A stretch of 64,000 nt of DNA from a virus, in IMG/VR virus record IMGVR_UViG_3300030098_004409, positions 46,289-110,288 of that record; one strand, 5' to 3'. Below are positions 9,471-18,183 of this stretch, one piece after another. The notes beneath the pieces were generated by a model. The model saw only the letters and a list, made by a program, of their open reading frames with translations. It made no database searches and had not been told where the DNA came from. Position 1 is the stretch's first letter. The number at the start of each line of letters is the position of its first letter. Position numbers and translations under genes: made by a program.

Positions 9471-10227
9471 TTTTTTACCCGACAACAACCTAGAAAAGAA
9501 ATACTTTTCTGAAATAGCCAGCCATATAGAATCGGACGTTACTATTGTCTCGAAGAATTTTGGAGATCCAATGCCAGATGTTCCCGGCGATAAGATTATA
9601 TTTATGAACGCCGATGAGCAGTATCGCACTCCCGAGGAAGTAAATGATCCAAGCGTAAAGTTAATATTCAAACAGTACTGCAGAGAAGGGCAACATGAAA
9701 AACTCAGACCGTTACCTCTTGGCCCCTCTAAAGACTTTAACTACACGCCGAACTCTTTTGATGATAGAACTTACGATGTTACATTTGTGGGTCAGATCGC
9801 GCAGAATAGAGCTATGTTCTTTGCTGAAATATATGATTTCCTGTCTGATCATAGCGTAAATTCTTTCTTCGGTTTGTATCAGGGTTTTAATAAAGGGCTT
9901 GATATGGAATCCTACTCAAAAGTGTTATCAAATACAAAGATTGCTATCTGTCCTCACGGCAGCGCCAGTCCAGAAACATTTAGATTTTTTGAGGCCATGT
10001 CTGCGGGATGTGTTGTTATTTGTGCTCAACAGCCAGATAATTGGATATATAGAAACGCTCCGTATAACACTATAGCTAGGGGGAATGTTTACAGCACTGT
10101 CAAGACATTGCTTTCTAATCCAGCTGCGCTAAGGCTGTTGTCGGATAAGTCAAAAGAATACCATAACAGTAGATTAACTGCATCACCAGTCGCTCAGTAT
10201 GTTAGCGATCAATTAGGGAGTATATAA
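9454..10227 (+). CDS. Exostosin/GT47-like glycosyltransferase
   Basis: RTYDVTFVGQ and YSKVLSNTKIAICPHGSASPETFRFFEAMSAGCVVI. Confidence 0.8.
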   Translation: MSKYHDFLPDNNLEKKYFSEIASHIESDVTIVSKNFGDPMPDVPGDKIIFMNADEQYRTPEEVNDPSVKLIFKQYCREGQHEKLRPLPLGPSKDFNYTPNSFDDRTYDVTFVGQIAQNRAMFFAEIYDFLSDHSVNSFFGLYQGFNKGLDMESYSKVLSNTKIAICPHGSASPETFRFFEAMSAGCVVICAQQPDNWIYRNAPYNTIARGNVYSTVKTLLSNPAALRLLSDKSKEYHNSRLTASPVAQYVSDQLGSI

Positions 10228-11018
10228 TGTTTAGTCGAAACCCACACTATCCATCACCGAAATACATAGAGAAAGATATCACAATATGTCTTCATGCGGG
10301 TTCTGATCCAGAAGTCGTTAAGAGCCAAGTTGAACTTCTAAAACCTCTAGAAGAAGAGTTTAACGTACATTGGAACAAAAGAATTGATCGTCGCCCAGCG
10401 GCATATGACTCCTATTCGGAACTAGTTAACGAAGCGGTCGCAACATCTCCAACAGAGACAGTAATTCTTGTCAATGACCGAGTTGTGCCAGAGCCTAGAG
10501 AAGTACGTTTTATGCTGCAATTACTCCACAGAGGATATGCTGTGGCAGGACAGTGGAACGTAGCATTTATGGCTTTAACTAAAGAAGTGTTTAGAAAAAT
10601 AGGCTGGTTCGACGAAAGGTTTTACGGCGGAGGATGTGAAGACGATGACTTTGCTCTACGACTAAGGCTGGCAAACTTGGCTTATTTTGAGGCTTTGTCA
10701 TGCGAATATGATCAGACTTGGAAAAGCCCTTTGCTCAAAAAGGATGGGGCTAAGTGCGCGATATCTGGCCCATACTTTCATAGAAAGTGGACACAAACGC
10801 CGAACGAAATACGTAGAGTTATTCCAGAGGAAAGTTATCCCAAATGGGACGCTATAGTTGGCGAAGCTCGACCAGACATAAGTAGCCAGTGGTTAGATTG
10901 GTCTCATTCAATTATCGGGATGGATTTTGGTCGGAGAGAGACAGATGGAGACTCAAGGACTTATCACTTTATGTTGGATGATTATAAGACAGAGTACAGG
11001 AAAGTTACTAGTGTATGA
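10227..11018 (+). CDS. GT-A glycosyltransferase (GT2 with GT7C-like motif)
   Basis: ILVNDRV and FRKIGWFDERFYGGGCEDDDFALRL. Confidence 0.85.
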   Translation: MFSRNPHYPSPKYIEKDITICLHAGSDPEVVKSQVELLKPLEEEFNVHWNKRIDRRPAAYDSYSELVNEAVATSPTETVILVNDRVVPEPREVRFMLQLLHRGYAVAGQWNVAFMALTKEVFRKIGWFDERFYGGGCEDDDFALRLRLANLAYFEALSCEYDQTWKSPLLKKDGAKCAISGPYFHRKWTQTPNEIRRVIPEESYPKWDAIVGEARPDISSQWLDWSHSIIGMDFGRRETDGDSRTYHFMLDDYKTEYRKVTSV

Positions 11019-11650
11019 AAATACTTTTTTGTGGATATAGAACATGGTCTATCAGGGCCTATGATATTTTAGGTAGAGTGTTTGATCTTGCCTCTAGCCC
11101 GCAAGAGCTAGAAGAAAAAACCTCTAAAGCTCATTATGATATTATATTCTTTGTGGGATGGAGCTGGATGATAGAGCAGCAACTAATGCAATCTAGCAAG
11201 TGTATATGTATGCATCCTTCGCCATTACCAAAATACAGAGGAGGCTCTCCGATACAAAACCAAATAATAAACGGAGAGAAAGAGAGCGCTGTTACATTTT
11301 TTGTAATGGATGAAAAAATGGATCATGGGAAAATATTGTGGCAGGAGAAACTTTCTTTAGAGGGTGACTTAGCTTCTATATTTCTTGATATGTCGCTATT
11401 AACAAAGGCTGGAATACTACACATACTAAATAATCCTAACGACGAAGGAAAAGAGCAGGACCATAGTCAGGCCACCATATATAAGCGTAGAAAACCAAAA
11501 GATAGCGAAATAAAACCTGAAGATTTTTATGCCTCAACAGCTGAAGAATTATATAATAAGATAAGGTGTTTGCAGGGACCTTACCCAAAGCCATTCATAA
11601 AATGCAGAGATGGTACAATACTATATATAACCGGAGCAAAGTGTGACTAA
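11015..11650 (+). CDS. Formyltransferase (Fmt/ArnA N-domain-like; likely sugar N-formyltransferase)
   Basis: HPSPLPKYRGGSPIQNQI, MDEKMDHGKI, QDHSQATIY and IRCLQGPYP motifs. Confidence 0.88.
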   Translation: MKILFCGYRTWSIRAYDILGRVFDLASSPQELEEKTSKAHYDIIFFVGWSWMIEQQLMQSSKCICMHPSPLPKYRGGSPIQNQIINGEKESAVTFFVMDEKMDHGKILWQEKLSLEGDLASIFLDMSLLTKAGILHILNNPNDEGKEQDHSQATIYKRRKPKDSEIKPEDFYASTAEELYNKIRCLQGPYPKPFIKCRDGTILYITGAKCD

Positions 11651-12272
11651 GAAGTTAATAATCGCGCCGCATGTTGATGACGATGTGCTTGGGTGTGGTG
11701 GCATAATTGATGACAATACATTTGTACTTTATTGTGGCTTAAATGAGTCTGACTTAATTGACAGACCTTCTATGAGAGTACGTCTTGACGAAGCGGATAA
11801 GGCGGCAGCTTACTTGGGTCATGAGTATCTTCTTCTAGAAAACAAGGTTAATAATTATATTATCCCGGACTTAATATCTCCTATAGAAAAAACTATAAAT
11901 GATATAAAACCGGAAGAGATATATATCCCATATCCGTCTTATAACCAAGACCACAGAGTTGCATATGAGGCAGCTTTAGTTGCATTGCGACCTCACGATA
12001 ATAACTTCTTTGTAAAGAAGGTGTTCGCTTATGAGCAACCTCATGTTTTCTTGTGGGACAACTCGCATCAAATTGACTCGGCATTTAAGCCAAATTACTA
12101 TAAGCCGATTGATGTAAAAAGAAAAATCAAAGCTTATGAACTTATGGAGACACAGGTGAGAGCGTTTCGTAGCCAAGAAACAATAAAGTCTATGGCTCAA
12201 CTTAGGGGCGCTCAGTCAAACTTAGACTACGCAGAAGCGTTTCAAATTTTAAGATACGTGGAGGAAAAATGA
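11643..12272 (+). CDS. PIG-L/LmbE family N-deacetylase
   Basis: IAPHVDDDVLGCGG, NQDHR and terminal YAEAF. GTG start overlaps the upstream stop. Confidence 0.88.
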   Translation: MTKKLIIAPHVDDDVLGCGGIIDDNTFVLYCGLNESDLIDRPSMRVRLDEADKAAAYLGHEYLLLENKVNNYIIPDLISPIEKTINDIKPEEIYIPYPSYNQDHRVAYEAALVALRPHDNNFFVKKVFAYEQPHVFLWDNSHQIDSAFKPNYYKPIDVKRKIKAYELMETQVRAFRSQETIKSMAQLRGAQSNLDYAEAFQILRYVEEK

Positions 12273-13234
12273 ACAATATACTAATTACAGGCGGACTTGG
12301 ATTTATAGGCGCACACTGTATAGAAAAATGGTCAGAAGAGGAGTGGTCTGTATATGTAATAGACAATTTGTCTTCTAACACTATAACTGCGGAGCATCCG
12401 ATAGCTCAAAATGTCACGTTTATAGAAGCAGACGTAATTGATATCGACTGGGAAGAGTTGCCAAAATTTGACTTGGTTTTACATCTTGCCTCTCCTGTTG
12501 GGCCAGTTGGTGTCCTTAAGCACTCTGGTGTTATGGCTGACATTATACTTAAGGATATATACTCAGTAATCGAGGGCGCAAAACATAATGACTGCCCACT
12601 TGTATTTGTCTCTACTTCGGAGATATATGGACATAGAGACTCTAAAACTTATTTGTCAGAAGTTGGTGACAAAGTTCTAAAGGGTGAGTTTACCGTTCGT
12701 AATGAATATGCAATAGCGAAGCTTTTGTCTGAGATTGTGCTTTCCAACTGCGCTAAAATAAACAAAGATTTTAAGTACCAAATCATTCGCCCATTTAATG
12801 TGACCGGCGCGCATCAGCTTCCAGACGGAGGTTTTGTTCTTCCTAGATTTGTAAAGCAGGCGCTAGATGGAGAAGATATTACTGTATACTATAGCGGCGA
12901 ACAGATCAGAGCTTTCACTTGGGTCAAGGATATCGTAGAGGGTATATACTTAACATCAACTGCCCCAGATGAACTATGGAACGAAGAGTGGAACATTGGC
13001 AACGAGAAAAATGAAGAGAGTATTCTTTATCTTGCAAAAAGAGTAAAAGCTCTTACAGGTTCTCAATCTAGAATAGCTCATGTAGACCCCGTAGCGCTTC
13101 ATGGGAAGCTGTTTTCAGAAGCCCCTGAAAAGATACCAGACGCATCTAAGATCAAGCAGAAGCTAGGCTGGAAGCCCACAAAGGGGATAGATGACGTTAT
13201 CAAAGAAGTGGTAGAATTTTGGAGTAACCAATGA
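12269..13234 (+). CDS. NAD-dependent epimerase/dehydratase, UDP-glucuronate decarboxylase (UXS/ArnA C-domain)-like
   Basis: ITGGLGFIG, HLASPVG, STSEIYG, RNEYAIAK (YxxxK), RPFNVTG, VLPRFVKQAL and RAFTWVKD. Confidence 0.8.
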   Translation: MNNILITGGLGFIGAHCIEKWSEEEWSVYVIDNLSSNTITAEHPIAQNVTFIEADVIDIDWEELPKFDLVLHLASPVGPVGVLKHSGVMADIILKDIYSVIEGAKHNDCPLVFVSTSEIYGHRDSKTYLSEVGDKVLKGEFTVRNEYAIAKLLSEIVLSNCAKINKDFKYQIIRPFNVTGAHQLPDGGFVLPRFVKQALDGEDITVYYSGEQIRAFTWVKDIVEGIYLTSTAPDELWNEEWNIGNEKNEESILYLAKRVKALTGSQSRIAHVDPVALHGKLFSEAPEKIPDASKIKQKLGWKPTKGIDDVIKEVVEFWSNQ

Positions 13235-13920
13235 ATATTATAGAGCAGATATATTATAATGATGTCAAGCTACATCCTTCTTATTTTGAGAAGTATAGAA
13301 AAGTTCCTAAGTATCCGGGACAAAGAGAGTCTGGCGGGTGGAATAAGCACAGTGGATGGAGAGGGCATGACTTTCCTAGAGTGTGGTGTATACTAGACTT
13401 CATTGAGTGGACAAGTCAAATTGAATTATCTGGGCATATTGGCGTTACAGACGATGAAGACCCTGAGCTAGAGTTTGTAGAGAATAGATTCTCCAAAAAG
13501 ACAGTATTAAGTTATCCTCCGCACGACTTGCATGACGAGATTAAAACAGACGAGGGCTTTGACTTTTTTCTATTTAGCCAGACAATAGAACATTTATATA
13601 ATCCGCATCTGGCTATCCGAAACATTAGAAATGCGATGAAGCCTTCTGGTCTTGTGTTTACAAGTGTGCCAACTATAAATATACCGCACATGACACCAGT
13701 CCACTTTGGTGGCTATACGCCGATGGGCTTAGCTTCAATGTTTATTTTGAGTGGATTCCAAGTTGTTAAAATGGGTCAGTGGGGCAATCATGATTATATC
13801 TCAAAGATTTTTGAAAAGCATACATGGCCTGACTTCTATGAATTAGCGAACGAAAATGGTGAAGTAACTAACGAAGAAAGAAATTGTTGTCAGTGTTGGA
13901 TTTTAGCGAGGGCTATATAA
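13231..13920 (+). CDS. Methyltransferase type 11-like protein
   Basis: FDFFLFSQTIEHLYNP...MKPSGLVFTSVP; canonical GxGxG not obvious. Confidence 0.7.
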   Translation: MNIIEQIYYNDVKLHPSYFEKYRKVPKYPGQRESGGWNKHSGWRGHDFPRVWCILDFIEWTSQIELSGHIGVTDDEDPELEFVENRFSKKTVLSYPPHDLHDEIKTDEGFDFFLFSQTIEHLYNPHLAIRNIRNAMKPSGLVFTSVPTINIPHMTPVHFGGYTPMGLASMFILSGFQVVKMGQWGNHDYISKIFEKHTWPDFYELANENGEVTNEERNCCQCWILARAI

Positions 13921-14711
13921 TGAAGAAGATATTTTTCTGCATGGCAGAGTACCCAGAGCCTAGACAGGGCTTCTTTTTAAAGTATATGTCAAAAGCTAAT
14001 CAGAAATATTCAGACATGCATGGCTTTGAGTACATAGAAATGACAAGCTTGCCCAGAGAAGAAGATGGGGAGTTTTGGAGAAATAATCCTACATGGCTAA
14101 AGCACAAAGTTGTTCATGACTGGATTGAAGAAGGTTTTGTTGAAGACGGAGATATAGTCTCACACATAGACGCTGATATCGCTATTGCCAAGTTTGATAA
14201 GTCATTTGAACCAAGTGAAGGCAAATCCTTTGGTTACGCGATTGATTCCTGCAATACGCATTGCATGGGAGCGTATACAATTAGAGTGAACGATTGGTCT
14301 AGAAATATGTTAAAGAATATGCTTGATGAAGAGTTCTACCAAAGAATGAAACACAACAAATCTCCTGAGCATACAAATCCGATAACAGGACAACCGAACT
14401 GGGAGCTATTTAGAGAACAGGCGTCTTGGTATACAATGTCAGGACTACCTCTCCATAGCTGGATTCCATTTGCGCAACTACCTAACTATGGCTTTCACAT
14501 GAACAAATCTTCCGAAACAATCTACTCGATAGACGAGCTGCTTGAGAATGTAGAAATCTTCCCGACAGAATGGAACGTAACTCATATCCCTGAAGAAGAT
14601 GGAGAGGACAGGTTCTACATAAATCCCACAGTAACAGAAGATACTATACTTAGACACTTTGCTGGCGGAAGAGCATGGAGAGCACACTACTTTACTGGAG
14701 AAGAGCAATGA
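13920..14711 (+). CDS. GT34 (MNN10/GMA12)-like glycosyltransferase
   Basis: YSDMHGFEY, WLKHKVV, HIDADI (DxD), EQAS, EWN and ILRHFAG. ATG 13920 overlaps the upstream TAA. Confidence 0.75.
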   Translation: MKKIFFCMAEYPEPRQGFFLKYMSKANQKYSDMHGFEYIEMTSLPREEDGEFWRNNPTWLKHKVVHDWIEEGFVEDGDIVSHIDADIAIAKFDKSFEPSEGKSFGYAIDSCNTHCMGAYTIRVNDWSRNMLKNMLDEEFYQRMKHNKSPEHTNPITGQPNWELFREQASWYTMSGLPLHSWIPFAQLPNYGFHMNKSSETIYSIDELLENVEIFPTEWNVTHIPEEDGEDRFYINPTVTEDTILRHFAGGRAWRAHYFTGEEQ

Positions 14712-15172
14712 AAAAAATAGCCGCTATATTAGACACGTTAGCTGCATCACAAAACTCATTCTATTTAATAAAAGAGTTTAATAAACTGCATAAAAACTAT
14801 GAGTATTCACCCGTGTGTTTTTACAACAATTTAAGTGCCACGCCAGTCAAGACTTTCTTTGCTTGTATGAATGTTTCGTATTACTCATATTTCGACGGAG
14901 TGACAATAGCCACATCTATCGAAACCGCAGATACTATTTTGAAAACAAAGAATAGATCTGAGAAGAAGTTTCTTTACTTATGGGATCTTGAATGGATAAG
15001 AGGATCTATGGATTTTAATTATGTAAATTCTGTGTTATCTGATCCTAATTTGGCTATAATAAGTAGAAGCAATTCGCACAAACAACTAATAGAAAACTAT
15101 TGCAATAAAGAAGTTTCTGGTATTGTTCAAGACTGGAACATGGAGCAGTTGGAGGAAATAATATGGACATAA
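14708..15172 (+). CDS. Hypothetical protein resembling an isolated GT-B N-terminal domain
   Basis: IATSIETA...KKFLYLWDLEW...IISRSNSH pattern; only ~154 aa from ATG 14708. Confidence 0.5.
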   Translation: MKKIAAILDTLAASQNSFYLIKEFNKLHKNYEYSPVCFYNNLSATPVKTFFACMNVSYYSYFDGVTIATSIETADTILKTKNRSEKKFLYLWDLEWIRGSMDFNYVNSVLSDPNLAIISRSNSHKQLIENYCNKEVSGIVQDWNMEQLEEIIWT

Positions 15173-15933
15173 GTATTATAACCAAAATGTACTTAGATGA
15201 AGGAAAGAGTACACATCAAATAGCTGAAGAGCTTGGGACATATCCCAATAAGATTAGACGGGCTTTGGTCTCAAGTGGTATTGAGCTACGGACAAAAAGC
15301 GAGTCGCATAAAAAAGCCCTGAAAACCGGAAGAGCGAAGCACCCCACAAAAGGCAAGAAAAGAACAGAGGAAGTCAAGGAAAAAATCAGTCGCACTATGG
15401 AGAAACAGTGGGCTGGATTGCCCGAAGCAGAAAAGAAACGTAGGAGCGAAATAGGTAAAGAGTCTTGGGAAAGTAAAAGCGAGTCCGAAAAAATTGAGCT
15501 GCAGCGAAAAGCCGCTCACGCGCTTAGAGAGACAATCATTCATGGTTCAAAGCCAGAGAGGTTATTGTATGATAAGCTAGGAGAAAGCGGAAGAGCTGTT
15601 GAGCTACATAGGAAAGGGCTCATTGAGGGTACTAACTATGAAATGGATTTGTACTTACCAGATATAATGACTGTAATTGAAGTTGATGGACCGCAACATT
15701 TTAAACCAGTTTTTGGAGAAAAGGGGTTGCGAGAATACGTCAAGCATGATATAATTAAGAACGGTATTCTCATTAAAAGAGGGTTCTGTGTAATTAGAGT
15801 AAAATACCTATGCACTTCTTATAGTAGGGCTATAGGTAGAAGGTTGTGGGAAGCTGTAGAGCCTGTTGTAGAACAGATTGAAAACAAGTTTCCTCCGAAG
15901 AGTAAAAGACTTATTGAACTGGAGATTTCTTAA
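15163..15933 (+). CDS. Free-standing endonuclease (HTH + NUMOD3-like basic repeats + Vsr/DUF559-type PD-(D/E)XK domain)
   Basis: N-terminal HTH (STHQIAEELG), GKKRTEEVKEKIS, then SKPE...EMDLYLP...IEVDGPQH...KNGILIKRGFCVIRV. Confidence 0.8.
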   Translation: MDISIITKMYLDEGKSTHQIAEELGTYPNKIRRALVSSGIELRTKSESHKKALKTGRAKHPTKGKKRTEEVKEKISRTMEKQWAGLPEAEKKRRSEIGKESWESKSESEKIELQRKAAHALRETIIHGSKPERLLYDKLGESGRAVELHRKGLIEGTNYEMDLYLPDIMTVIEVDGPQHFKPVFGEKGLREYVKHDIIKNGILIKRGFCVIRVKYLCTSYSRAIGRRLWEAVEPVVEQIENKFPPKSKRLIELEIS

Positions 15934-16718
15934 TGCAAGACCAAATTGATTTAGAATTGTTTGACGCTGAAAGTATGACCGAAGATGATGTACTTTTAGT
16001 TCCTAAGCAAGAAGAACAAGACCAAAACATTCCTGAGTATGCGTCTCCAGAATGGAACAAATACGTCATGGAGCATTTTAGGTCTGATGAATTAATCGAC
16101 GGAAATCCTATTTGTGCAGGGCTGCGGAGAGTAGCAGGATTGTTACTAGGGGAGATTATAGAATCTGGCCCCGACAAGGTATTCCCAGCCACAGATGGAA
16201 ACGGACCCGGACGAGCCACTGTTGTATATCAAGTGGTAGTGAACTGGATGAATAGCGGCTCAGTTCGGGTTTTTAAGGAAGTTGCCGATGTATGGCATGG
16301 TAACACAGATGATCTATTTTGTGCTCATCCTGTTGCTACTGCTAGCACTCGTGCGGAAGGACGCGCTTTACGTAAAGCTTTAGGTATTAGATGTTTAGCT
16401 GCTGAAGAATTAGCAAGAAAAGACATCGTATCTATTGTCCAGCAAAGCGTAAAAAAGGATAACCCCATCAGCGGAGAATGGGACGAAGCAGCTATGATTA
16501 GCTCTTCACAAATTAATTTTATTGATAATAAATGCAGACAGTTAGATATTAATGTTGTGGAATTTATCAACTCTGGAGAAGGAGCCTATGACTCAATCGA
16601 AGAAGTTGAGAAGAGCAAAGCCTCCGCAATGCTCGGTGTTCTTAACAAATATCAAACTAAGCAAAGCGAGATGCCGGAAGGTATCATGGGTTATAACAAG
16701 AATTGGAGAAATGCGTAA
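15933..16718 (+). CDS. Rad52/Sak/Erf-like single-strand annealing protein
   Basis: AGLRRVA, ATVVYQV, VATASTRAEGRALRKALGI core motif, plus a C-terminal ISSSQINFI...ASAMLGVL module. Confidence 0.65.
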   Translation: MQDQIDLELFDAESMTEDDVLLVPKQEEQDQNIPEYASPEWNKYVMEHFRSDELIDGNPICAGLRRVAGLLLGEIIESGPDKVFPATDGNGPGRATVVYQVVVNWMNSGSVRVFKEVADVWHGNTDDLFCAHPVATASTRAEGRALRKALGIRCLAAEELARKDIVSIVQQSVKKDNPISGEWDEAAMISSSQINFIDNKCRQLDINVVEFINSGEGAYDSIEEVEKSKASAMLGVLNKYQTKQSEMPEGIMGYNKNWRNA

Positions 16719-17047
16719 TGAAAGTTCAATTAAATGCTGGTAAATTAAACGTAGCTTTTGAAGGCGAAACTGTCCGTGAATTATGGAAACAGATTGCTAT
16801 ATTTCAAGAGGTGTTTGGTGAAACTACATGTGGCAAATGTGGCTCAGAGAATCTCAGATTCGTTGTAAGAGAAAACGACGGAAACGAATACTATGAGCTT
16901 CGCTGTATGGATTGTGGAGCTAAGCTATCGTTTGGCGCCAACAAGAAGGGTGGAGGTTTGTTCCCTAAACGTAAGGACGCCGATGGAAATTGGCTACCTG
17001 ACGGTGGGTGGCAAAGATGGAACCCTAAAACGAAATCCCTTGAATAA
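16718..17047 (+). CDS. Zn-ribbon protein
   Basis: CGKC...CMDC. ATG 16718 overlaps the upstream TAA and follows GGAG. Confidence 0.7.
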   Translation: MKVQLNAGKLNVAFEGETVRELWKQIAIFQEVFGETTCGKCGSENLRFVVRENDGNEYYELRCMDCGAKLSFGANKKGGGLFPKRKDADGNWLPDGGWQRWNPKTKSLE

Positions 17048-17065
17048 GGGTGCTCCGGTTAAGGC

Positions 17066-17102
17066 GACCTCGCTCAGGGATACTTGGGCGAGGTTTCTTT
17101 AT
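17066..17102 (+). terminator. Intrinsic terminator of the + strand operon
   Basis: ACCTCGCTCAGG-GATA-CTTGGGCGAGGT 12-bp stem (2 G-U pairs) followed by TTCTTTAT. Confidence 0.8.
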
Positions 17103-17105
17103 GGC

Positions 17106-17140
17106 ATAAATAAAGCCCCGCGATTAAGCAGGGCTTTTTT
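17106..17140 (-). terminator. Intrinsic terminator of the virion operon (likely bidirectional)
   Basis: AAAGCCC...GGGCTTT hairpin. Followed by TTTATTTAT on the - strand and T6 on the + strand. Confidence 0.75.
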
Positions 17141-17163
17141 AATGGACTTAAAGGCTCAAGTCT

Positions 17164-18102
17164 TTATAGGTACTCTAGAGATACATACAGTCCATATGAT
17201 GTTTTTGACCCAATACTTAATGGAGAAGCGGAGAGAGCTGCATACCAAGTATGTCTCAAAGCTAGCCCAGTTCCACCAAAAGTATTAGTAGTAGTCTTTG
17301 TTCCTAAGTTAGGAGTACCGCCAGCGAAGTCATCCCTGTAGCTATTATCATAGTACTGTAACCACTTAGGCTGAACAGCAGCAACGTCAGTATTAACACT
17401 ATTTACAAAGTGTCCACCACTTCCGGGTGAATTAAACAGAGGAACAACTACGCCAGTACCACCGACAGTTTCGGTATCACCGGTAACAGATCCAAGTCTT
17501 TCGTCGCCATTGCCTTGACCTGCAGTAGCTTCTGTCTGAGTAAAGTTTGTGAACTTGACACCAGAAGAGTTGGTGTAGAAGTCTTGTGCGGCTCTCCAAG
17601 TACCAGCGTCTGGCCAAGGTGATCCCCACCAGAACATGTCTCCAGAACCATAGAAGTTACTATTCATGGCTACGTTGTCAGAGCCATTGCTTGATTCCCA
17701 AGCATCAGTTGTCTTGCCGTCAAAGTTTACGATTTCGGCAACCTTTGTCACAACACCCGAGGCAGGATAATTAATATTCTCTCTATCGTAGATTCTTAAC
17801 TGACAGTTTTGAACATTAACATGACTAGTATGATCAAAGTTAATATGAAATGTTCTGTTACCAGAATTAAGCTTTGTGAGTGGAATGCCTGAGCCAATCG
17901 CGCTAGAAATTCCAGATCCGGGACTTGCGAACTTAACATTAGTAGCTGCGGGACCTTGAGATGTTCCAGCTGCATTTGTTACAAATGTACTATCTTGAAA
18001 GGACCCAATCTGGACGGATGAGCCAAACGTAGCTCCATAAAATCCGAGTCCAGAACCAGCAATGTTTTGCTGTGATCCTATACCAAATGTGATTTCTGCC
18101 AT
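17164..18102 (-). CDS. Putative virion structural protein
   Basis: 312 aa, Gly/Ser/Thr-rich with beta-strand character. Strong AAGGAG RBS and an upstream TTTTGTGTAT motif. Confidence 0.6.
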   Translation of the reverse strand: MAEITFGIGSQQNIAGSGLGFYGATFGSSVQIGSFQDSTFVTNAAGTSQGPAATNVKFASPGSGISSAIGSGIPLTKLNSGNRTFHINFDHTSHVNVQNCQLRIYDRENINYPASGVVTKVAEIVNFDGKTTDAWESSNGSDNVAMNSNFYGSGDMFWWGSPWPDAGTWRAAQDFYTNSSGVKFTNFTQTEATAGQGNGDERLGSVTGDTETVGGTGVVVPLFNSPGSGGHFVNSVNTDVAAVQPKWLQYYDNSYRDDFAGGTPNLGTKTTTNTFGGTGLALRHTWYAALSASPLSIGSKTSYGLYVSLEYL

Positions 18103-18140
18103 TATAAATTCTCCTTTATTGTATCTGAGAGTACCTTATG

Positions 18141-18157
18141 TTATATAATACACAAAA
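18141..18157 (-). promoter_or_regulatory. Putative late-promoter motif TTTTGTGTATTATATAA
   Basis: One of five intergenic copies of TTGTGTAT(A/T) upstream of - strand genes. Confidence 0.55.
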
Positions 18158-18183
18158 GAGCACTCATTGAGTTAAATTTTATG

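Noticed and set aside
11015-11650. Methionyl-tRNA formyltransferase (fmt)
   Set aside because: Only 211 aa, lacking most of the tRNA-binding C-domain, and embedded among sugar-modifying genes.
58-15172. Bacterial O-antigen/capsule locus
   Set aside because: No flippase, polymerase, ABC exporter or other membrane protein is evident, and the operon runs directly into phage-type nuclease and annealase genes beside a virion module.
17048-17163. tRNA or other structured RNA gene in the intergenic gap
   Set aside because: No cloverleaf or T-loop consensus; the two hairpins are explained as terminators.
16893-17288. 131-aa + strand ORF across the convergence point
   Set aside because: It overlaps two better-supported genes and runs through both terminator hairpins.
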